64,000 nt of DNA from NCBI GenBank assembly GCA_965216875.1, contig OZ244207.1:3808001-3872000 (forward strand). The letters run 5' to 3'. This document shows positions 21,912 through 31,522 of this stretch, one piece after another (positions within the stretch are counted from its first letter, which is position 1; each line of letters starts with the position of its first letter). The translations under genes and the position numbers were made by a program. The notes under the pieces were generated by a model that was not told where the DNA came from, made no database searches, and was given only the letters and a program-made list of their open reading frames with translations. This stretch comes from Rubripirellula sp. GTDB taxonomy: Bacteria > Planctomycetota > Planctomycetia > Pirellulales > Pirellulaceae.

Positions 21912-22258
21912 AAAAAACGCCTAAAAAGCTCTGAGTCGGCCGATGATCGGCGATCAGAGGGATGGTGGATGGGAAAGGTGATTGACGACCGGATGAGGCG
22001 ATTTTGCCCATTGCTTGTGGCTATCGAGCCATGCAATTAGACTCGCTCATTATAGATCACGTGGGGCACACTTCGGACCGGTTGACTGGTCCCACGGTTG
22101 CCCACGCTCGAATGCTGCATACCATGCTCGGAAAAGTTGCCGCGATCACTCAACAACATCGCGGTTCCTTTGCCGGCAACACAACATCAAGTCGAATCAA
22201 CTTTGACATTTGAACCGTGATTGCGACGGCGGCTTGAGACCCAAATCATGGAATACCA

Positions 22259-22927
22259 GTGACATCACCTTTGCTACGGACCACTCGGCTGGCCGCCGCA
22301 TACCGTCGATACCTTGCTTCGGCCGATGCCCCCACCTTTGCGTCCGAGGTCGACGAGTTCTACTCGGGAACAACGCTGGCGACGATGCTAGGCCGCGGCG
22401 ACGTGGAAACGCGACGTGCCGCTGCCCTGGCATTGGGAATGTTGGGAGATCGCCACTCGGTCGAACCTTTGGGGCGTGCACTGGCCGATTCTGATCGCGG
22501 CGTCCGTTTGGCTGCCGATGACTCTTTCCGTGCACTCCTTGTTCGCGATGCCGCCCCATTGCATCACCAACAACTATTGCAAGTGATGCACCTCAATGAT
22601 GGCGGCGAATACGCGGCAGCACTCGCCCCGACCATGATCTTGATTGATCAGGCACCGCTCTACACCGAAGCGCATCATCAGCTTGCGATCTGTTGGCACG
22701 GACTCGAAAACTACTTCCAAGCCGAAGCCGCATACAGTGCTTGTCTTTGGCATTGCCGTTTTCACTATCCCGCCTGGCAGGGATTGGCTCGTTGTCGCTT
22801 GATGCTTGGTGACAACAACGGAGCACTAAGCGCGTTGGAACGATGCGTCGATGTTTGCCCCGATACCGAAAACGCTCGTCTGCAGATTCGTCAAATCAAG
22901 CGGCGAATGCGTCAGACCGACGCTTGA
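22259..22927 (+). CDS. HEAT-repeat/TPR protein
   Basis: RRAAALALGMLGD..VRLAADDS HEAT repeat, then TPR-like AWQGLARCRLMLGD. Confidence 0.85.
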   Translation: MTSPLLRTTRLAAAYRRYLASADAPTFASEVDEFYSGTTLATMLGRGDVETRRAAALALGMLGDRHSVEPLGRALADSDRGVRLAADDSFRALLVRDAAPLHHQQLLQVMHLNDGGEYAAALAPTMILIDQAPLYTEAHHQLAICWHGLENYFQAEAAYSACLWHCRFHYPAWQGLARCRLMLGDNNGALSALERCVDVCPDTENARLQIRQIKRRMRQTDA

Positions 22928-22947
22928 AGTCCCTTCGACGACAGACC

Positions 22948-23205
22948 ATGAGACCTGACGAAGTCCTTGTCGGAACCATCGCGCTCACCCTCGCTGCCAT
23001 CGCTATGGTGATCGCATCCGGTCCGTGGCAAGCACCTTATGAGCTACGAACGATCAAAGCCGTACTGAGCCGCTTTGGCAAACCGGCTGCACGCGGGGTC
23101 TGGTTTCTTGTTGCCGTTGCGTCATTGATCGCAGGCGTCTCCATTCTCGGTGGCTTTCGCCCAAGCTACGCCGTTCCGGCCCACACCACGCAAGCCAACC
23201 CATAG
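22948..23205 (+). CDS. Small two-TM membrane protein
   Basis: Two hydrophobic helices separated by RFGKPAARG; follows the HEAT/TPR gene. Confidence 0.65.
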   Translation: MRPDEVLVGTIALTLAAIAMVIASGPWQAPYELRTIKAVLSRFGKPAARGVWFLVAVASLIAGVSILGGFRPSYAVPAHTTQANP

Positions 23206-23234
23206 CGTTTCACCGTGCTATCACTCGGGCGTAA

Positions 23235-24253
23235 AGCTCTTAGCCCGGGGGGCGGAACAAGAACTGCCGGGGTCGTGAGACCCCGGACCTGAGTGCGAAG
23301 ATTGACTAAGCCCGGTGGGCGACACAATTCAAATCTGTCGCCCTGCGGGCTGAATCGATTCTGCTCGTATTCCGGTGGCTCACGCCACCGGCAGGCATAT
23401 GCCGGCCTCCGGCCTAAACGCCACCCGCGCAAGTAGCTCTTAGCCCGGAGGGCGGAACAAGAACTGCCGGGGTCGTGAGACCCCGGACCTGAGTGCGAAG
23501 ATTTGCTAAGCCCGGAGGGCGACACATTTCGAATCTGTCGCCCTCCGGGCTGAATCGATTCTGCTCGTATTCCGGTGGCTAACGCCACCGGCAAGAATAT
23601 GCCGGCCTCCGGCCTAAACGCCACCCGCGCAAGTAGCTCTTAGCCCGGAGGGCGGAACAAGAACTGCCGGGGTCGTGAGACCCCGGACCTGTGTGCGAAG
23701 ATTTGCTAAGCCCGGAGGGCGACACAATTCGAAGCTGTCGCCCTACGGGCTAAATCGATGTTGCTCGTATTCCGGTGGCTAACGCCACCGGCAAGCATAT
23801 GCCGGCCTCCGGCCTAAGCCCTACCGGCGCGGCAGCTCTCAGCCCGGAGGGCGGAATAAGAACTGACGGGGGCGTGAGCCCCCGGAACTGAATGCGAAGA
23901 TTGACTGAGCCCGAAGGGTGACACATTTCGAATCTGTCGCCCTCCGGGCTGAATCGATTCTGCTCGTATTCCGGTGGCTCACGCCACCGGCAGGCATATG
24001 CCGGCCTCCGGCCTAAACACGACCAGCGCGGCAGCTCTTAGCCCGGAGGGCGGAACAAGAACTGCCGGGGTCGTGAGACCCCGGACCTGAGTGCGAAGAT
24101 TTGCTAAGCCCGGGGGCGACACATTTCGAATCTGTCGCCCTCCGGGCTGAATCGATTCTGCTCGTATTCCGGTGGCTAACGCCACCGGCAAGAATATGCC
24201 GGCCTCCGGCCTAAACGCCACCGGCAGGCATATGCCGCGGCCGTCCGGCCTAA
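23235..24253. repeat. Tandem array of five ~200-bp palindromic units (MITE/REPIN-like)
   Basis: Units start at AGCTCT 23235, 23435, 23635, 23834 and 24033; each has AGCCCGGAGGGCG ends, two CCGG hairpins and a central AGCCCGGAGGGCGACA/TGTCGCCCTCCGGGCT inverted repeat. Confidence 0.97.
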
Positions 24254-24269
24254 GCGAGTGTTTGTGGAC

Positions 24270-24295
24270 GCTGCTTTCGCGGAGCGAAAGGCGAC
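24270..24295. repeat. GCT(A/G)CTTTCGCGGAGCGAAAGGCGAC palindromic repeat
   Basis: Second copy at 39054-39079. Confidence 0.85.
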
Positions 24296-24300
24296 CTTGG

Positions 24301-24702
24301 TCAGGGCGTCGAGGTGGTCAGTTTGCTGCGAAAGAGCAGGCGTGCGATCAAGTAGCAGGCGATCGCCGAGAGCGCGCCGATGGAATCGGCAACGAAGTCC
24401 ATCACATCGGCGTAGCGGCCAGGCACAAATTGCTGAGTGAATTCGTCGGCCGCAGCATAGGCCATGACCAGAAGCGCGATCGATCCGAATCGCAACCACA
24501 AGCGATCTGAATTGGTGACGTAGCACATCAGCGTCGCCAATCCGAAAAACGCGACAAAGTGCTTGGCCTTGTCGTTTACCTTGGGGGAGATGTCGGCCAC
24601 CGCTGGCAAATGGGTTCCGACGAAAATGATGCCCCAATATGCGATGAGGACCACGACTCCCAGACGGAGTCCAAGTATCGTAATCTTCGTTACCGGTCGC
24701 AT
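24301..24702 (-). CDS. VanZ-family membrane protein
   Basis: DKAKHFVAFFGL, YAAADEFTQQFVPGR, DFVADSIG. Confidence 0.9.
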   Translation of the reverse strand: MRPVTKITILGLRLGVVVLIAYWGIIFVGTHLPAVADISPKVNDKAKHFVAFFGLATLMCYVTNSDRLWLRFGSIALLVMAYAAADEFTQQFVPGRYADVMDFVADSIGALSAIACYLIARLLFRSKLTTSTP

Positions 24703-24790
24703 CACCGAGCCTCGAATCGGGTAGGCTGGAATGTTCGACACGACAAAATCCCTCCCCTCCCAAGAACTTGCTTCGCCGAAGGTATCCATC

Positions 24791-25507
24791 GTGAATCGCA
24801 GCCCATTTGGCCAGTCAATTTCATTCTTCGTGGCAACAGTTTTTCTTTCGGCATCTCTCGCCAGCGGCGCCTTCGCGGGTGACGAACCGGCGAAACCGAC
24901 CAAGAAAAAGGCAGACCAAGCCAAACTCGAATGGAAACCTCTTAAAGGCTCGTGGAAAGAATGCCAGTTTGGTGGTGATGGTCCGATCGAAATCACCGAC
25001 AAGCTGATCAAGGTGGAAATCGGCGACCCGCTCACCGGGATCCAGTGGACCGGTGACGTGGTCCGCGAGAATTACGAAGTCGAACTCGAAGCGCGCCGAA
25101 CCGACGGCTTTGACTTCTTTTGCGCCCTCACCTTTCCCGTCGGAAAAGACCATGTCAGCTTTGTGCTCGGCGGCTGGGGCGGAGGGATCGTCGGCATCTC
25201 GAGCATCGACGGACGAGATGCCAGCGACAACAAAACGACGATGTTCCAGAGCTTCGACGACAAAAAGTGGTACAAGATCCGCGCTCGCGTCGACGCGCAC
25301 CAGATCCAATGCTGGATCGACGATGTCCCCACCTGCGAACAAGTCCGCAAAGGCCACGAATTCGACATTCGCTACGAAATGGATCCTTGCACGCCGCTCG
25401 GATTGGCGGCCTTTCAGTGCGATGCCGAGTATCGCAACATTCGCTGGCGAAAACTGACCGACAAAGAAATCGCCGCCGCCAAGAAGCTGGCAAAAGAAGA
25501 GGAATAG
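24791..25507 (+). CDS. DUF1080 / 3-keto-disaccharide hydrolase-like secreted protein
   Basis: Signal peptide; NYEVELEARR, GGWGGGIVGISSIDG, WYKIRARV, YRNIRWRKL. Confidence 0.8.
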   Translation: MNRSPFGQSISFFVATVFLSASLASGAFAGDEPAKPTKKKADQAKLEWKPLKGSWKECQFGGDGPIEITDKLIKVEIGDPLTGIQWTGDVVRENYEVELEARRTDGFDFFCALTFPVGKDHVSFVLGGWGGGIVGISSIDGRDASDNKTTMFQSFDDKKWYKIRARVDAHQIQCWIDDVPTCEQVRKGHEFDIRYEMDPCTPLGLAAFQCDAEYRNIRWRKLTDKEIAAAKKLAKEEE

Positions 25508-25510
25508 GCC

Positions 25511-25649
25511 GTAGGCCGGATCAAGAAGCGACAGCGACGCAGATCCGGCATTTGTCAGTACCTGCCACGCTCTGGCGAGCGTAGCCACCGTTTGTCGTCC
25601 CGCCTTTAGGCGGAAGGGCCTGAAGATTCCGGCTAAAGCTCGGTACTAC
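25511..25649. repeat. Mosaic of three GTAG-type REP families
   Basis: GTAGGCCGGATCAAG..GATCCGGCA 25511-25550; GTAGCTAC family 25565-25588; GTAGTACC family pair 25594-25649. Confidence 0.85.
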
Positions 25650-25714
25650 GAACTCGGCCTGGCGAAGTGTACCTACCGCTTACGCGATTGGGCCGGACTG
25701 ACTAAAACGACGTC

Positions 25715-26203
25715 ATGGATGCACTTTCAAAGTCAATCAACGACGCCGACGCCTATTACATGTCTCGCGCTCTCGAGCTTGCGGTCGAGGCAGTTTCGGC
25801 CGACGAAGTGCCGGTGGGAGCGATCGTCGTCCTTGACGGCTCCATCATCGGCGCCGCCTCCAACCAACGCGAATCGCTGAGCGATCCGACGGCTCATGCG
25901 GAAATGATCTCCATCACCCAGGCTGCGGCCGCCATCGGCGATTGGCGATTAGAGCGAGCGACTCTTTACGTGACGCTGGAACCATGCATCATGTGCTCAG
26001 GGGCCATCCTCCAGGCTCGAGTGCCTCGGATCGTCTACGGAGCGTCCGATCCGAAGGGAGGAGCCGTTGAGAGCATGTACGAGCTGCTGCAGGACAAACG
26101 CTTGAATCACCAATGCGACGTCACTGGTGGCGTCCTGGCCGAGCCCTGTGGGCGGATTCTGACCGAATTCTTTGCAAGCAAACGGGCAATGGGCAAAAAG
26201 TAG
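25715..26203 (+). CDS. tadA: tRNA adenosine(34) deaminase
   Basis: [37 protein letters not shown]. Confidence 0.95.
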   Translation: MDALSKSINDADAYYMSRALELAVEAVSADEVPVGAIVVLDGSIIGAASNQRESLSDPTAHAEMISITQAAAAIGDWRLERATLYVTLEPCIMCSGAILQARVPRIVYGASDPKGGAVESMYELLQDKRLNHQCDVTGGVLAEPCGRILTEFFASKRAMGKK

Positions 26204-26483
26204 CGGCTCAAAAAGGCTGTTAATGTATGCCGGTTCTGCAGATTCTCGGACTTTTGCAGTTTTGCGAGCCAAACAGGCTAAGCCTTTTCTATCCAACAGA
26301 CCGATACTACCCGCACAACCCGAACTCATCGCGCTCATTGCGCGGCTGGGCTGTGAGTCGAAAACGGCTCAAACACAGCACAACGAGTTATGGGCGACAG
26401 GCTCGCGTCTGAGCACGGACGCAACAGATTGTGGCGGGGGCCACTTTCTGATCGAGAACAATTGCAAGACGGTGGAACAAGCG

Positions 26484-27644
26484 ATGTCGGTAAGGAAGCT
26501 GACTGCAGGACTCCTCACAGCCCTAGCGCTGCTTGGCGGGGTCACAAAAACTCATGCACAGCAACATGTGCCGGTGGCTGATCCATTCGAGTTCGATCCC
26601 GACTTTCACTGGTTCGAGCCCGTTTACGAAGCGGATCTGATCGATATGAAGCCCAAGAAGCGGGCTGCTACCGGTTGGTTCGCGACCTACGATCGGCTGA
26701 ACCTGTACACCTCGCGTCCCGAGCTCGATGCGCCTCCGATCAGCATTTCGGAGGTTCGAGTCGACAGTGGCTGGGGTCACCGATACGAGGTCGGCTACAT
26801 GCTGCCCGATGACGACACTGGTTTTGTCTTCAACTGGACCAGCAACGGCGTCGGTGCCTTCAACCAACTGCGTCGTGAGCGATTGAACCGAGTCAACTTG
26901 AATGATTTGGCAGGCACGCCTGACAACCCCGGGCCTCCCTTTGGCTTCGGCGAACCAGCTGCTGAGCGAAACAACCTCGGTTACAACACTCGTTTCTACG
27001 ACATCACCGACACCGAGAACCTGGTTAACTTCGACAGCTACGAGCTGAACAAGACTTGGCGTTTGGAGCCGTATCACTACGGCGGCATCTTGGAGCCATT
27101 GGTTGGTCTCCGCTGGATGCGAATCCGAGACACCAACGGAAACCAAGTCTACACATCGAGCTTGGACGGTAACCTGGCTTTGGCCGACAGCGAAAGCTTG
27201 TTGACCAACACCGCGATCACCAAGAATGAGATGTTCGGCGGCAACCTCGGCTTCCGCTACTTCAAGTTCCGCGATCGATTCACCTTCAACGCAGAATTCA
27301 AAGCCTTCTTCGGCGGTAGCTGGCAGAACACTCGTGCCAGCGTCCACGAAGTCATCACGTCCTACGACGCGACCGGCACCGACGCTCAAGTGGTTTCGAT
27401 CATCACACGGGAGCCGTTCGACCCTCGATTCGCTCGAAACGAAACCTTCATGGTTGGCTTCGACGTGAAGGGGAGCGTTGGCTACCAACTGACCAAACAG
27501 GTTTCGATCCGAGCCGGTTTCCAAGTCATCGACGTTGCTCGCGGTGTTTGGCGAGGCGGTAACGGCGACTTCATCGTCGGCGGCAGCAAAGACCAAGACT
27601 TGCTGATGTTCGGTGGCACATTCGGGATCAACCTGAACCACTGA
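26484..27644 (+). CDS. Putative outer-membrane beta-barrel protein (BBP7-like)
   Basis: Signal peptide (THA-Q), alternating amphipathic strands (GWGHRYEVGY, GLRWMRI, SIRAGFQ), C-terminal GGTFGINLNH. Confidence 0.7.
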   Translation: MSVRKLTAGLLTALALLGGVTKTHAQQHVPVADPFEFDPDFHWFEPVYEADLIDMKPKKRAATGWFATYDRLNLYTSRPELDAPPISISEVRVDSGWGHRYEVGYMLPDDDTGFVFNWTSNGVGAFNQLRRERLNRVNLNDLAGTPDNPGPPFGFGEPAAERNNLGYNTRFYDITDTENLVNFDSYELNKTWRLEPYHYGGILEPLVGLRWMRIRDTNGNQVYTSSLDGNLALADSESLLTNTAITKNEMFGGNLGFRYFKFRDRFTFNAEFKAFFGGSWQNTRASVHEVITSYDATGTDAQVVSIITREPFDPRFARNETFMVGFDVKGSVGYQLTKQVSIRAGFQVIDVARGVWRGGNGDFIVGGSKDQDLLMFGGTFGINLNH

Positions 27645-27689
27645 TACAGGAACCAAGTTCCAGTCAAGCAAGCCTGTACCCAACCATCG

Positions 27690-27732
27690 AAAACGGCCTT
27701 GCCAGATCAGTCTGGCAAGGCCGTTTTTCTTT
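27690..27732. terminator. Bidirectional intrinsic terminator
   Basis: Perfect stem AAAACGGCCTTGCCAGA-TCAG-TCTGGCAAGGCCGTTTT between converging genes. Confidence 0.9.
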
Positions 27733-27772
27733 GTTCATTTCAAATGGCTTGGACGTCGGGATTTGACGCGGG

Positions 27773-27955
27773 CTAGTTCTTGGTAGCCAAATCTCGCAAT
27801 TCGTCCAATTCAACGGTCAGGCGGTGTCGAAGTGGGCTTTCGGGGCGAAGTTCCTCTTCAAGCAGCTCTTCCGCCTTCTCGAACGTCTCTTCGTCGCGTT
27901 TCGGGTCATTCATCAACTTGCGAAACATTTTTTCGACGGTGGACTCAGTAAGCAA
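27773..27955 (-). CDS. Small acidic helical hypothetical protein
   Basis: AAGGAG Shine-Dalgarno before TTG; 60-aa helical ORF ending at the terminator. Confidence 0.75.
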   Translation of the reverse strand: MLTESTVEKMFRKLMNDPKRDEETFEKAEELLEEELRPESPLRHRLTVELDELRDLATKN

Positions 27956-28123
27956 AGCATTCTCCTTAGCAGGCGATTGTCGGGTCGGGCGTCTTTTTGC
28001 ACTTCAAACGCCCATTCGCCAAGACTGTGTTGGCAGGTTCGGTGTAACGTCGATTTTAGAAAACGAAGGGACCGTCGCAAGGGCTAACTTTTCGTCATCT
28101 TGCTCAACCAGTCCAACTCAGCC

Positions 28124-28804
28124 CTAGGGTTTGGCGTATCCGTCGCGATCCGCAATCAAATTGACCGGCAAATGGCTCACAGAATTGAACCAGTCGAGGG
28201 TCCAGGTTTCCCCATCTAGGGAAAGCCGGGTAACACCGACGTTCAACAGAGGGCCGAGCGAATCGACGTTGATTTGCGTGAGTAAACGCCTCAACAAGAG
28301 CCGCTTAATGTCTGCATGCATCACGATTGCGACAACTTTTCCACTACCCCCAAACTGATCGACAATCCGATCGGCAAGTGAATCCACCCGGCATTCAGCC
28401 TCGGAATCGGTCTCCCGGTTTCGACCAAACCACCAGCCTTGTTCGCCAATCGTGTCGTCAACCACGCACTTGCATTCGCCAAAGAAGCCTTCAATCGCGG
28501 CGCGCCCCATACCCGCGGCTCCGACCGCACTGTGACCGAAACCGCTGTAGCAGCCGCCTCGTTCGAAAACGTCGTGCCAGACAAACACTGTCTGCGGGTT
28601 GCGTTCGATGATCGGACGAGTCGTTTGAAGGGTCCGCAAAAACGGGCTCGTGATCAGCACGTCCGGCTCAAGCGCTTCCATCCAGCGAGCCAAATGGTCC
28701 GCTTGAAGCTGCCCCTGGGGGGATATCGGAGGGTCTTCTTCGCGCAAATGCTCGGCGCGAGCGTTGTTGGCACTCTCGGCGTGTCGGATCAAATAGAGCT
28801 TCAT
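28124..28804 (-). CDS. Histidine phosphatase (phosphoglycerate mutase) family protein
   Basis: LYLIRHAES, TSPFLRTLQT, IVMHAD, LDWFNSVSHL. Confidence 0.92.
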   Translation of the reverse strand: MKLYLIRHAESANNARAEHLREEDPPISPQGQLQADHLARWMEALEPDVLITSPFLRTLQTTRPIIERNPQTVFVWHDVFERGGCYSGFGHSAVGAAGMGRAAIEGFFGECKCVVDDTIGEQGWWFGRNRETDSEAECRVDSLADRIVDQFGGSGKVVAIVMHADIKRLLLRRLLTQINVDSLGPLLNVGVTRLSLDGETWTLDWFNSVSHLPVNLIADRDGYAKP

Positions 28805-28952
28805 CGCGTTCACTCGCTGGTCGTTTTATTTTGCCCGCCGCAACGACGGTCGCCAGAACCATCAGCCGAAACGCGATAGCGTGCGGTTTTCTTATCCACG
28901 CCTCGTTTCATAACCGCGAGCTATCGCTCAGCGGCTGATGTGCGAGACGTTC

Positions 28953-29072
28953 GTAGTACCGAGCCTTAGCCGGAATCTTCAGGTTCTTCAGCCCCTAGAC
29001 GTACGGGGGGAATACAAACCGGCGTTTGATGACGCCGGATCAGCGTCGCTGTCGCTCCTTGATCCGGCCTAC
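28953..29072. repeat. Two GTAG-type REPs of different families
   Basis: GTAGTACCGAGCCTTAGCCGGAATC 28953-28977; reverse GTAGGCCGGATCAAG family 29034-29072. Confidence 0.85.
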
Positions 29073-29109
29073 GAGCTGTGGGCCGGTCCAACATCGAGGG
29101 GACCCCACG

Positions 29110-29388
29110 TCAGTTCTGGGAGGAGCGTTGAGAGAAACGGGTTCGCACGTAGTCGATCATCATCCACTGAACCACAACCAGTACGACGGGAACGAGGAAC
29201 AACATGAACTGAGAAAACTGGGGCTTCTGAATCCACTGCGGTCCGGACTTTGCCGCCACTGTCAGGATCGCCATTACGAGCGAACCATTGATGAACAACA
29301 ACAAACAGGTCAACAGAGCCGAACCGAACGCCATCAGGCATCCGGCCGTTATCGTGTTCCGTTCGTTTGTCTCTGAATGTGCGTTCAC
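29110..29388 (-). CDS. Small two-TM membrane protein
   Basis: Two hydrophobic helices; starts 8 nt after the transporter stop. Confidence 0.7.
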   Translation of the reverse strand: MNAHSETNERNTITAGCLMAFGSALLTCLLLFINGSLVMAILTVAAKSGPQWIQKPQFSQFMLFLVPVVLVVVQWMMIDYVRTRFSQRSSQN

Positions 29389-29396
29389 GCGCCAAC

Positions 29397-31280
29397 CTAC
29401 ATCGGAAGGACTTGGCTAAGTGCGATCGTGGTCCCGAGTGAGACCAACGCCAACACGGCCAGCAGTGGAGTCCAGCTTCGCAGCGATTCCCCTTCGGTCA
29501 AACCGCCCATCTTCGTGAACACCCAGAAACCACTATCGTTCATCCAACTGCCCAACAGCGATCCCGACCCAACCGCTGCCGCAACATACACCATGTTGTA
29601 CTCCGGTTTGGCGTCACCAATGATCGCCGCCATCATGCTGGCGCCGATGATCATCGCCACGGTGCTACTGCCTTGAGCAATCTTGAGAACCGAAGCGATG
29701 CCAAAAGCGAGCAGCAACAAACCAACTCCGGCCGCATCGGCACCGGTGAAATAGTCCTTGATCGTGTCGCTGATGTGGGTCGCCGTCAGCATGGCGCCAA
29801 ACGCCCCCCCAGCTGCGGTGATCAAGATAATCACACCACCACTCATCAGTGATTCCTCGACGTCATCGCCGAGGCTACGCCAACTCAGCTTGCGTACTTT
29901 CTTGAGCGTTAACATCGCGACGATCGCCGCCAGCAGCAACGCAAAGTTCGGATTGCTCCACAAACCGAGTCCATCCGAAACCGATCGCTTGGGCGAATCC
30001 CACTCGTGCTTGTTGATCAAATCAGGAAACGCAGCTTCGATCAAGTTTCGATTCATCCGCCGCGCGTCGACCGGCTTCATCCGTTGCTTGTCAGCCGAAA
30101 TCTTCGACTTGGCTGGTCCAGGAATCATCACACCGGTGTATGCCGCTTCGTCGTACATGTCGACATCAAGCAAGACGGCGTTGAGTGCATTGACGACCTG
30201 TCCTTTCGATTCATCGTCCGTCGCTGGCGTGGTCAGCGTTTCCCGCTGAGCGTCAGAGAGCTTGCTGCTCGCCATGATGCGTCCGGCGGGCGAATCGGGC
30301 TCGGCCGACGCGAGCGTGGTAGCCAGTTGGTCATAGTTTTGAATATCGGCGACCGAGAGTTTTGCGCGATCCTCAGCATCGGCCAATGTCATCGCAACCG
30401 TGCCGGCAAAGATCAAACAGACCGGCAAGATCACGGGCAACAAGGCAACGCCAAGCGAGGGCAACTTGTCTTCGGGCAACGTGTCATGCTTCTCCTCGCC
30501 ACTACCAAGCGGTCGCATCTCAACGGGCATCTTGGCGTCGAGAACGTGCGAGAAAACCAATCCGACCATTGCGGCAGGAATCGCAACCATCGCGCCGACG
30601 ATCATCATCATGCCGATATCAACGCCAAGGATCGCCGCCACCAGAAGTGGTCCAGGTGTCGGCGGCACCAAAGTGTGAGTGATCGCGCCACCGGTGGCGA
30701 TCGCCATCAGGTACCGCAAGTAGTTCTTGCCCGTCCGCTTGTACAAACTGCGAGCCAGCGGAACGAGCAAGTAAAAGACGGTGTCAAAGAAGACGGGAAC
30801 GGCGAGGATAAATCCGCTGATCATCAGACCAAACGAAGCCTTCTTTTCGCCGGTCACTTTCACGGCGCTTCGCACCACGCGGTCGGCCGCACCACTATCA
30901 AGCATGCACTTGCCGATGATCGCGGCCATCGCGATCACGATCCCGATCCCACCTGCAGACTTTCCGAAAGCGCTAACGACCGCCCCCATGCGGCTGCCGG
31001 CAGCTTCGCCATCAACAAAGCCGACCCCAAGACTGACGATCAATGCCGAAATGATCAGCGCCAGGAAGGCGTTGAGCTTGAGGCCGATGATCATGGCCAG
31101 GACCGAGACGATCCCAATCGTCAACAGAACCACAGGCGTCGTGTCGATCGGGGCGGCCGCATCCGCGGAAACAGCCGCCGGCTCGGCGACCGACGCGGCA
31201 TCTTGCGCCAACAGATTCGGCGCGACAAAGCCGATCAAGAAAATCCAAATCAAACCGATCGAAAAGTGTGATGCACGCAT
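29397..31280 (-). CDS. GntP-family (SLC13-like) permease with a soluble insertion
   Basis: KLNAFLAL, DSGAADR, PVFFD, THTLVPPTPGP, TAAGGAFG, AQGSSTVA, SWMNDSGFW. Confidence 0.92.
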   Translation of the reverse strand: MRASHFSIGLIWIFLIGFVAPNLLAQDAASVAEPAAVSADAAAPIDTTPVVLLTIGIVSVLAMIIGLKLNAFLALIISALIVSLGVGFVDGEAAGSRMGAVVSAFGKSAGGIGIVIAMAAIIGKCMLDSGAADRVVRSAVKVTGEKKASFGLMISGFILAVPVFFDTVFYLLVPLARSLYKRTGKNYLRYLMAIATGGAITHTLVPPTPGPLLVAAILGVDIGMMMIVGAMVAIPAAMVGLVFSHVLDAKMPVEMRPLGSGEEKHDTLPEDKLPSLGVALLPVILPVCLIFAGTVAMTLADAEDRAKLSVADIQNYDQLATTLASAEPDSPAGRIMASSKLSDAQRETLTTPATDDESKGQVVNALNAVLLDVDMYDEAAYTGVMIPGPAKSKISADKQRMKPVDARRMNRNLIEAAFPDLINKHEWDSPKRSVSDGLGLWSNPNFALLLAAIVAMLTLKKVRKLSWRSLGDDVEESLMSGGVIILITAAGGAFGAMLTATHISDTIKDYFTGADAAGVGLLLLAFGIASVLKIAQGSSTVAMIIGASMMAAIIGDAKPEYNMVYVAAAVGSGSLLGSWMNDSGFWVFTKMGGLTEGESLRSWTPLLAVLALVSLGTTIALSQVLPM

Positions 31281-31522
31281 CCGTGGCCCATTGCTGGTGG
31301 TGGTCTTAAGAAAAGGTCGTGTGATGTTTTGGTGCAGATTCTAATCGCAATGCACCGGCAAATGTGTTCTTCGCCGCTCGTTTCAGGCTGTCGATCCGTT
31401 TTCGATCGACTGGTGGTCGACCAAACACCCCGCCTCGCCCAGTGGACCGTTCTGGCTTTATCATGAACACGTCACACAAACCAACCACCTATGCCCCACA
31501 AGCACCCCGCTTAAATAAAACA

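Noticed and set aside
23405..23419. GCCTCCGGCCTAAAC resembles P3 of a c-di-GMP-I riboswitch
   Set aside because: The GGCAAAC..GNRA..GACGCAAA upstream elements are absent and the match is simply the terminal repeat of the unit
23166..24221. ORFs crossing the tandem array
   Set aside because: They are translations of the repeat (duplicated peptide text) with no protein features
23235..24253. CRISPR array
   Set aside because: Whole 200-bp units are repeated with no unique spacers, and there are no cas genes nearby
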